In this document: in pieces, positions 7,774-13,746 of the stretch | Position numbering within the stretch: the first letter of the stretch is position 1 | How the letters are laid out: every line of letters begins with the position of its first letter | DNA from: Promethearchaeota archaeon Loki_b31 | GTDB lineage: Archaea > Asgardarchaeota > Lokiarchaeia > Sigyniarchaeales > SOKP01 | Reading direction: 5' to 3' | Assembly (NCBI GenBank): GCA_005222975.1 | Contig: NJBI01000074.1 | Location: forward strand, 1 to 13,746 | DNA: 13,746 nucleotides | Program-made: the position numbers and the translations under genes | Notes under the pieces: generated by a model | What the model saw: the letters and a program-made list of their open reading frames with translations, nothing else | Databases searched by the model: none | Told to the model about the DNA's origin: nothing

Positions 7774-8982
7774 ATGCGTCTAAAGAAAAGTTATTTTTTG
7801 ATGATAAGTATTCTTGGGTTGGTTGCTATCTTTAGCTCAACTATGTCAAAGAGTCCAATTTTACCACTTTTTGCGAAGTCTTTAATAACTTCCTCCCATG
7901 AACTCCAATTCATCGGGTACATTTTCGCAGCATCTACTATCCCTGGAATAATTGTAAGTGCGTTTGCTGGTCGCCTCTCTGATATGTATGGTCGAGAAAA
8001 ACTTGTTTTATTATCAGTTGTAATTTTTGCTTCAGCACCTTTTTTTTATCTATTTGCGACTAACATTTGGATCTTAATGCTAGTTCGATTTTACCACGGC
8101 TTTTCCACAGCAATATTTGTTCCTGTCGCCACGAGTGCAATAGCGGAATTATATCCAAAACAAAAAGGAGAAAAAATTTCACTATTTTCTTCAATAACCC
8201 TTATCGGTCGGTTTTTCGCACCCATAACCGGTGGCTTTATCCTTTACGTCACAAATTATTATTATTATGGAGTGTATCTCGTATGTGGTTTCTCAGGAAT
8301 TATTGCATTTTTCTTTGCAATGTTTTATTACAAAACTCGCAAATCTCGTTATACTCAAGCTGACATTTCAAAAAGAGAATTATTTACAATAAAAGAATTT
8401 CTAAGGGGTCTAAAAGATGTTATTAGTCATAAAAAGATCATGATAATTAGCATTATTCAAGCCAGTCAATATTTTGCTTATGGAATTATTGAAGCTTATT
8501 TTATTCTTTATATTAGTTTTCTTAATTACGAACCTTGGTTAATTGGGTTAATGCCCGCTATTCTTACATTTACGCTAATTGTAGGTAAACCTTTTATGGG
8601 GCATTTATCAGACAAACTTGGACGAAAACACGTCATCCTTGGTGGACTCCTTTTAGGAGGTTTTGTAACCTTGTTTATACCACATACTGTGAATTTAATT
8701 TTGTTAATAGTTATTTTTATAAGTTTTGGTATAGGAATGGCAAGTGTCACCTCTTCTACACCAGCGTATATAACGGATCTTTTAGAAAAAGAAAACTATG
8801 GTTCGGCAATTGGGGTTCTAAGTACTATTATGGATATCGGTCAAACAATTGGTCCAATTATAAGCGGTTATATTTTGGTGTTCTTATCGTATCAAGGAAT
8901 TTTTCTATTGACCGGATTTACCCTTTTATTCGCAGCACTTCTATTTTTTATATCATTTTTTTTGTATAAAAAAAGCACCTAA
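7774..8982 (+). CDS. MFS transporter (12 TM, DHA1-like drug/metabolite:H+ antiporter type)
   Basis: Motif A twice (GRLSDMYGRE, GHLSDKLGRK), motif B-like VRFYHG, motif C-like GRFFAPITGG and GQTIGPIISG; about 12 hydrophobic segments; 402 aa. Confidence 0.93.
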   Translation: MRLKKSYFLMISILGLVAIFSSTMSKSPILPLFAKSLITSSHELQFIGYIFAASTIPGIIVSAFAGRLSDMYGREKLVLLSVVIFASAPFFYLFATNIWILMLVRFYHGFSTAIFVPVATSAIAELYPKQKGEKISLFSSITLIGRFFAPITGGFILYVTNYYYYGVYLVCGFSGIIAFFFAMFYYKTRKSRYTQADISKRELFTIKEFLRGLKDVISHKKIMIISIIQASQYFAYGIIEAYFILYISFLNYEPWLIGLMPAILTFTLIVGKPFMGHLSDKLGRKHVILGGLLLGGFVTLFIPHTVNLILLIVIFISFGIGMASVTSSTPAYITDLLEKENYGSAIGVLSTIMDIGQTIGPIISGYILVFLSYQGIFLLTGFTLLFAALLFFISFFLYKKST

Positions 8983-8989
8983 ACGAGCT
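8974..8989 (+). repeat. Direct repeat copy 2 (AGCACCTAAACGAGCT), overlapping the MFS stop codon
   Basis: Exact 16-nt match to 7648-7663; contains TAA 8980-8982. Confidence 0.9.
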
Positions 8990-9049
8990 TGTTCTAAAAT
9001 AAAAATAAAAGAAGTTATATATTTAATAATTTTTCTAGTTCACAGAAAC

Positions 9050-10345
9050 TTATGAAACGGACATTTTATAAAGTTGGCGTAAGCTCATACTCATAATATA
9101 CTGCTGGATTTGTCTCGAACCGCCAACGATTTCTTGGATCCTCGAGATATTCATATAATCGTGCATTAAAGTGTTATCGCATAGTCCAGCTCCTCCCATG
9201 TTATTCGCGCATTCGTAACACACCTTATTCGCGAGTTTCGCAGCGTGATACTTGAATTGACTTGCTGAGGCAACCATTGCTTGGGAAATGTTTTTAGGAA
9301 TTTCTCCATTGAATTTTATGTATTTTTCATCAAATGACTCACAGAATTTGAGAAGCCCAAGCGTGACATTAGTTGTTCTTGCCCATAAGTCTGCAAGTAA
9401 AAATCCAACTCCTTGGAACCTTAAGATCATTTGATCGAACTGCTTTCTGTTGTTAGCGTATATTATTGCATGTGTTAACGCACCCCAACATTCACTAAGA
9501 CCCATAATTGCTATAGATATTCTTTCAGGTACTAAACCCTCGAACAAATGTTCGCGACCTTTTCCTACGCCGCCTAACACGTATTCTTTTGGAACCCGAA
9601 CATTCGTAAAAGTTTCTTTTCCAAGATAAAGCTTAGGTATCCATGGTATATTAACCCGTTCGAGGAGAAGGCCTTCCCATTCGGAGTTTACTAAGAACTG
9701 GGCCATCGTGTTCCCGTTGTTTTTCTCAGCTGTAGCGTAAGTTACGAGCCATTTAGATTTGGGCGCATTAGTATTATAAATCTTAATTCCATTGAGTAAA
9801 AACGAACCATCGTCTTGTTCGTCGCAAGTTGTTAATTGATGTACGGCATCGGAACCGCGCTTAGGTTCAGTGATAAGAATAGCTCCAGGAGTCTTTCCAG
9901 TAACTAATTCTTTAAGTGCTTCTAGCCTTACTGGGACATCTTCGTGGTGCTCGTAAATAGGATTGATAGCTAATACGGTACCTCCACCACCCATCGCAAA
10001 TTGGGGATCAAAGAAATCGAGTGCTAAATTTCGCAAAAAATCAGGAGCTAAACCCCAATAGTCGTAATGAACATCGCACACATCGAATGTGTGCTGACGG
10101 GTTATATAACCCCTTTCTCCAAAAGCGGGAACCCAATCGTAAACATCTTCGTCGGGTCCGTGCGTAATTTCATTTTTTTTTTCGAAGCGCATACAAAATC
10201 GTTGGACTTCTTTAAAGAAGTTGAATTCTTTTGTTGAAAGAATAGCCGTTAAATTATTATTCAAGAAAGAGTATCGATTTTTAAGGCTAAATTTCGCAAG
10301 AATTTCGTCGTCAATTGCTTGCACTTCAAATTTTTTACCTGGCAT
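9050..10345 (-). CDS. Acyl-CoA dehydrogenase paralogue 3
   Basis: ITEPKRGSD, LNGIKIYNTNA, GLVPERI, RKQFDQ..RFQGV, MGGAG, EIVGGSRQIQ; 431 aa; clearly paralogous to copies 1 and 2. Confidence 0.94.
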   Translation of the reverse strand: MPGKKFEVQAIDDEILAKFSLKNRYSFLNNNLTAILSTKEFNFFKEVQRFCMRFEKKNEITHGPDEDVYDWVPAFGERGYITRQHTFDVCDVHYDYWGLAPDFLRNLALDFFDPQFAMGGGGTVLAINPIYEHHEDVPVRLEALKELVTGKTPGAILITEPKRGSDAVHQLTTCDEQDDGSFLLNGIKIYNTNAPKSKWLVTYATAEKNNGNTMAQFLVNSEWEGLLLERVNIPWIPKLYLGKETFTNVRVPKEYVLGGVGKGREHLFEGLVPERISIAIMGLSECWGALTHAIIYANNRKQFDQMILRFQGVGFLLADLWARTTNVTLGLLKFCESFDEKYIKFNGEIPKNISQAMVASASQFKYHAAKLANKVCYECANNMGGAGLCDNTLMHDYMNISRIQEIVGGSRQIQQYIMSMSLRQLYKMSVS

Positions 10346-10408
10346 TTTAATATCGCGACCTTTTTTAGATTTTTAATTTTATCATTCTATTAAATATAAA
10401 AAGGAGAA

Positions 10409-10438
10409 TACTATGTTCTTTTTTAATTTTTTTTTAAA
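10409..10438 (-). promoter_or_regulatory. Putative promoter of ACAD 3 (TTTAAAAA ... TAGTA)
   Basis: Minus strand TTTAAAAA starts at 10438 and TAGTA at 10413; similar spacing to copies 1 and 2. Confidence 0.4.
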
Positions 10439-10563
10439 TAGTTGTTTATATAAAGGTTTAAAGTCAAAATAGGAAGAAAGTAGCACAATTAAGCGAAAAA
10501 GTAATTAAAAAAATTAAAGATTTAAATAAAATATAGAAATTTGATTATTTTTTGAAGAAGTTA

Positions 10564-10785
10564 TTACTCTTCTTCTTCATCTTCATCATCTTCTCCCATT
10601 AAGGATTCGATTTTTTCTTCTAATTCTCCGATTTTTATATTAAGTTTATCGATTTTCTTGTAGGTTTCGCAAGTATCGCAGCCATCGTCTTCTTTACATT
10701 GAGGGAGCGTATCGCAAACCTCTTCGAGCACATCCATTTCGTCTTTTAATTTTTCAACTTGTTCTTGAAGTTCATCAATACTCAT
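10564..10785 (-). CDS. Small acidic coiled-coil protein with central C-x5-C-x5-C-x2-C motif (hypothetical)
   Basis: Heptad helices either side of CDTLPQCKEDDGCDTC; acidic tail; SD-like GGTGTGA before ATG; tandem TAA TAA stop; fills an intergenic gap without overlap. Confidence 0.8.
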   Translation of the reverse strand: MSIDELQEQVEKLKDEMDVLEEVCDTLPQCKEDDGCDTCETYKKIDKLNIKIGELEEKIESLMGEDDEDEEEE

Positions 10786-10920
10786 ATTTCACACCATTCA
10801 GAATTTTATTATAAAATATTCTATTTTACATAATTTATTTTTTTTTTTCTATTTATAGTTATTTATAGATGTAGGAATGTTGTAATAAAAAAGAAAAATA
10901 GAAGTTTTTAAAACTTTTTA

Positions 10921-12969
10921 TTAAGCCTTTAGTTTATTCATTTGTTTTTCAATTTTCTTGTTCAATGAATCAATTTCTTTATCTAGTTTTTTCAATTCTA
11001 CGGAAATTTTTTCAAATCTAGTCTCTTGGTCGTTCAGCTTTTTAACGTACCGTTCTTTTAACGAGACAGATTGGCTATCATTCCCTAAAACCGAAATATT
11101 TTCTCTAAGCCTTGATTGTTCGTCCGTCATTAGGTCTCTCTCCTGGTCCAAATTTTCTCTTCTGTTTCTTTTATCGTTCAATGTTTGAATAAATTCTGCG
11201 ATTTCTTTTAATTTAGCTTCGAGTTTTTCGTCGATAAACTTATGTTTGATATAAAATCCTACCCTCTTTAAAATATCGTCTTTAGACCAATTCCAGAGGT
11301 AATTACTTGAATAATCTTCGCGTTGTTCTTTTAATTTGAAATTGATTGCATCTTTAGGTTTCAATTTTAGTTTAAAACGCCAATAATTAGGAGTCTCTTC
11401 TGGGTCATTAGGTTTTTCTACAAATTTATAACCGTGAGTTTTGGGGTGGTCGAGGTAAAGTTTCTTCTCTTCATTTGTTTTGTTTTTAATTTTATAGGTG
11501 GTCATTAGGTTAGTGTAATAATATTCGTAGGAATATCCACTACCAAAGGTAACTTTATGCACGCTTAGACTTTCGGATTTTTGTTCGTGTGTAATAACTA
11601 CGGCTTGCTCTACGGCATAATTCAACAACCGCGTATCTTCTTTATTTAGAAAAGGTATAATAGCCTCTCCTGCCAGATTATCGTCGTATATTATAGTCAC
11701 TGGTCCTCTTTCTAGCGTTAGAATTGTATTATTTGTTATCTCAAGACAAGCGTTCGGGTTTCTATCGTATTCGTTTTTATTGTATAATAAAACTCGTCTT
11801 GCTTTTATAGATTCTGTCAAGATTGGAACTAAAGCAGATTGCTTCCTCTTTATTGTTACTAAATTTGAAATGTTATATTCAAATAGTTCTCCTAAGTCTT
11901 TTGTTTGAATTTTTGTTTGCGATTTTACTTTATCTAGTAATGCATGGTCTGTCATGTTCATGACGCTTTGTACGCCACCGTATCCTATTGCCCCTCTTGG
12001 TGCGGGTGGAGGTGCTCCTGTTCTCATTATAGCCTTCTTTCTCATTGCCGCTGGTTTTGCTGCCATTTCTGCCATTTCATAGTCTCTAAATTTTTCCATT
12101 TCAAAACCTTCTTCAATTTCAGTAGGTTTTACGCTTAATACTCTTGGGGGCCGAATTACAGGTCGTTGTATGAAGATAGGTTGATAAAACTCGTATTTAA
12201 ACGAAACTGGCATTCCAGCTACCAAAGATAACTCGATATTCTCCCAGTCTTGATTAGTTGTGTTTTCAATAAGACTCCATCCGGATAGTAAACATTTTTC
12301 TTCTAAGGCTTGCTCCTTACTCATTATCAAACGATAGGATGTCTTCCAAATTGGACTTTCTCGAATATAAGAGACAAAAATTATCCTATCGACCTCGTCG
12401 TTTCCTCCAGATTCACAGTTAATCTTGATTTTTTTTGCGTCCTTTTTTTTCCCAGATATAACGGTATCGAGAAAAAATTTAAGATCTTTTTTAATATCTT
12501 CGTTCAAGATATCAAAGGATTTTATTTCAGTAAATTTTATTTTTGAAATAACTTCGTTATCTTGGAGCAGAATCAATAATTTTTCGATAATTTTTTCGTC
12601 CTTACTCATTTTCTCAAATTCTTCTATTCCCATGATTGTTCCTGATATAATTTTTCCCCCAGTTATGGTAAGATTAATGCTAGCCCCTTTTATTTGGGTT
12701 ATTAAAGAAGAAAAAGAGTCTCTATCGGGAATATTTAGCATAATAGATTTTAATAGTTGAGAGGTCTCTAAAGCCGCGTCGTAGGAGATCGAGCTTATAT
12801 AGCCCTTTTCGCTAGTATCTAAAACAAAGAGCGATTTTAACACATCATCCATTTCGTCTATTTTAAACTCTAACTCAAACGTATCAGTTCCTTTCATCAA
12901 ACCCTCAAGAATGAAATAAGAAATCCCTGATCTATGAATAATAACTTTCTTTATACTCAATTCTTTCAT
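10921..12969 (-). CDS. DUF4139-type protein with C-terminal coiled coil
   Basis: Family-like segments VIIHRSGISYF, MDDVLKSLFVLD, PIWKTSYRL, LSGWSLIENTTNQDWENIELSLVAGMPVSF, GELFEY..VTIKRKQSALVP; C-terminal ~100 aa coiled coil; no signal peptide; 682 aa. Confidence 0.8.
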   Translation of the reverse strand: MKELSIKKVIIHRSGISYFILEGLMKGTDTFELEFKIDEMDDVLKSLFVLDTSEKGYISSISYDAALETSQLLKSIMLNIPDRDSFSSLITQIKGASINLTITGGKIISGTIMGIEEFEKMSKDEKIIEKLLILLQDNEVISKIKFTEIKSFDILNEDIKKDLKFFLDTVISGKKKDAKKIKINCESGGNDEVDRIIFVSYIRESPIWKTSYRLIMSKEQALEEKCLLSGWSLIENTTNQDWENIELSLVAGMPVSFKYEFYQPIFIQRPVIRPPRVLSVKPTEIEEGFEMEKFRDYEMAEMAAKPAAMRKKAIMRTGAPPPAPRGAIGYGGVQSVMNMTDHALLDKVKSQTKIQTKDLGELFEYNISNLVTIKRKQSALVPILTESIKARRVLLYNKNEYDRNPNACLEITNNTILTLERGPVTIIYDDNLAGEAIIPFLNKEDTRLLNYAVEQAVVITHEQKSESLSVHKVTFGSGYSYEYYYTNLMTTYKIKNKTNEEKKLYLDHPKTHGYKFVEKPNDPEETPNYWRFKLKLKPKDAINFKLKEQREDYSSNYLWNWSKDDILKRVGFYIKHKFIDEKLEAKLKEIAEFIQTLNDKRNRRENLDQERDLMTDEQSRLRENISVLGNDSQSVSLKERYVKKLNDQETRFEKISVELKKLDKEIDSLNKKIEKQMNKLKA

Positions 12970-13200
12970 ATGAATAAGATATGAAATTGGATGATAAAAA
13001 TATTTGCTAGATACAAGTTCAAATCTAATGCAAATTACTTATTCTTAAACACTGAATGTTCCCAACTACTATATATTTCCATTAGGTTATCGATTCCCCT
13101 TAAATTTTCCTCCCAAATAAACAGATATTCACCTATGAGACTGTTGAAGTAATTTTAATAATATTTATATATGAATTAATAATTTGGAAAGGTAGCCCGT

Positions 13201-13219
13201 AATTTGTTATTCACAAATT
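13201..13219. promoter_or_regulatory. Palindromic candidate operator AATTTGT-N5-ACAAATT
   Basis: Perfect 7-bp arms, ending ~30 nt upstream of ATG 13249 in a divergent promoter region. Confidence 0.4.
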
Positions 13220-13248
13220 TACTAGATAAAAAACTAAAGGTCTAAAAT

Positions 13249-13746
13249 ATGGAAAAAAAAAAACTTTACTCAATTTTATTGATATCAGCCATATTAATAA
13301 GTTCTCTTGCAACAGTAATTATTTTTCTAATAAGTTCTTCTGAAAAACCCGAAGAAATTGATACAACAAACCCAAAAGTGCAAATTATCAGCCTTTCTAA
13401 TACAACATATCATGCAACTACGCTATTACTGGAAATCAATGCAACTGACAACAAAGGAATAGATATAATATGGTACAACTGGAATGGTGTAGATGTTATT
13501 TGTAATTCAGCACAATACGTTAAATTTAGAAATGGTTCAAATACAATACATGTATGGGCTAATGATTCAGCAGGAAATATTGGAAACACATCAGTCAGCT
13601 TTTCCATAGATACATTTTTTAACTCAGTATGGAATACTACATTAACAAGTTCAAGTTCTAGTTCTAGTAATCAAGTTGCATTACCATTAGAATCAACTGG
13701 AACCTATAATTTTACCATTGATTGGGGTGATGGAAATATCGATACG
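13249..13746 (+). CDS. Membrane-anchored surface protein, 3' truncated: N-terminal TM, Ig-like domain, start of a PKD-like domain (as in BspA/DUF285-type surface proteins)
   Basis: Not in the ORF track (no stop in window). Manual translation: MEKKKLYSILLISAILISSLATVIIFLISSSEKPEEIDTTNPKVQIISLSNTTY..INATDNKGIDIIWYNWNG..NGSNTIHVWANDSAGNIGNTSVSFSIDT..FNSVWNTTLTSSSSSSSNQVALPLESTGTYNFTIDWGDGNIDT; 166 codons open. Confidence 0.85.
   Translation, partial: MEKKKLYSILLISAILISSLATVIIFLISSSEKPEEIDTTNPKVQIISLSNTTYHATTLLLEINATDNKGIDIIWYNWNGVDVICNSAQYVKFRNGSNTIHVWANDSAGNIGNTSVSFSIDTFFNSVWNTTLTSSSSSSSNQVALPLESTGTYNFTIDWGDGNIDT

Noticed and set aside
8067-8750. ORFs 8067-8363 (+) and 8526-8750 (-)
   Set aside because: Alternative-frame and antisense shadows inside the MFS gene
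7648-8989. CRISPR array or IS element explanation for the direct repeats
   Set aside because: Only two copies 1.3 kb apart; no spacers, cas genes, transposase or terminal inverted repeats
4800-10345. Obligate heteromeric ACAD with a catalytically dead subunit (as in mycobacterial FadE pairs)
   Set aside because: All three copies retain the catalytic Glu and FAD-binding motifs, and each appears to have its own promoter
10958-12760. Four + strand ORFs (10958, 11944, 12310, 12425)
   Set aside because: Antisense to the 682-aa gene; Phe/Ser/Leu-rich composition mirrors Lys/Glu codons on the coding strand
13410-13607. 65-aa - strand ORF
   Set aside because: Antisense to the better supported + strand surface-protein frame starting at 13249
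13648-13668. AGTTCA/AGTTCT hexamer repeat
   Set aside because: Short and explained by a poly-Ser linker; no evidence of phase variation

Overview
AT-rich archaeal window, most likely from an Asgard archaeon (Lokiarchaeia-like). This is inferred from a Rab-like small GTPase with DFGGQ, a longin+roadblock protein, archaeal aIF-1A and Spt5, TATA-like promoters and oligo-T terminators. Gene order: small GTPase (+), Fe-containing alcohol dehydrogenase (-), cupin (+, probably starting at a non-AUG codon at 1911), aIF-1A (+), Spt5 with long acidic tails (+), longin-roadblock fusion (+), two tandem acyl-CoA dehydrogenase (ACAD) paralogues (+), an MFS transporter (+) bracketed by a direct repeat, a third convergent ACAD (-), a small Cys4 coiled-coil protein (-), a DUF4139-type protein (-), and a truncated membrane-anchored Ig/PKD-like surface protein (+) missing from the ORF track. 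The most unusual structure is the ACAD triplet: patchy 21-38 nt exact nucleotide identities amid heavily diverged synonymous sites, mosaic protein relationships, a shared promoter layout, and a 36-nt perfect inverted match between the convergent copies that flank the repeat-bounded MFS gene. No rRNA, tRNA, CRISPR array or transposase was seen. Family assignments come from motif recognition, not database searches.
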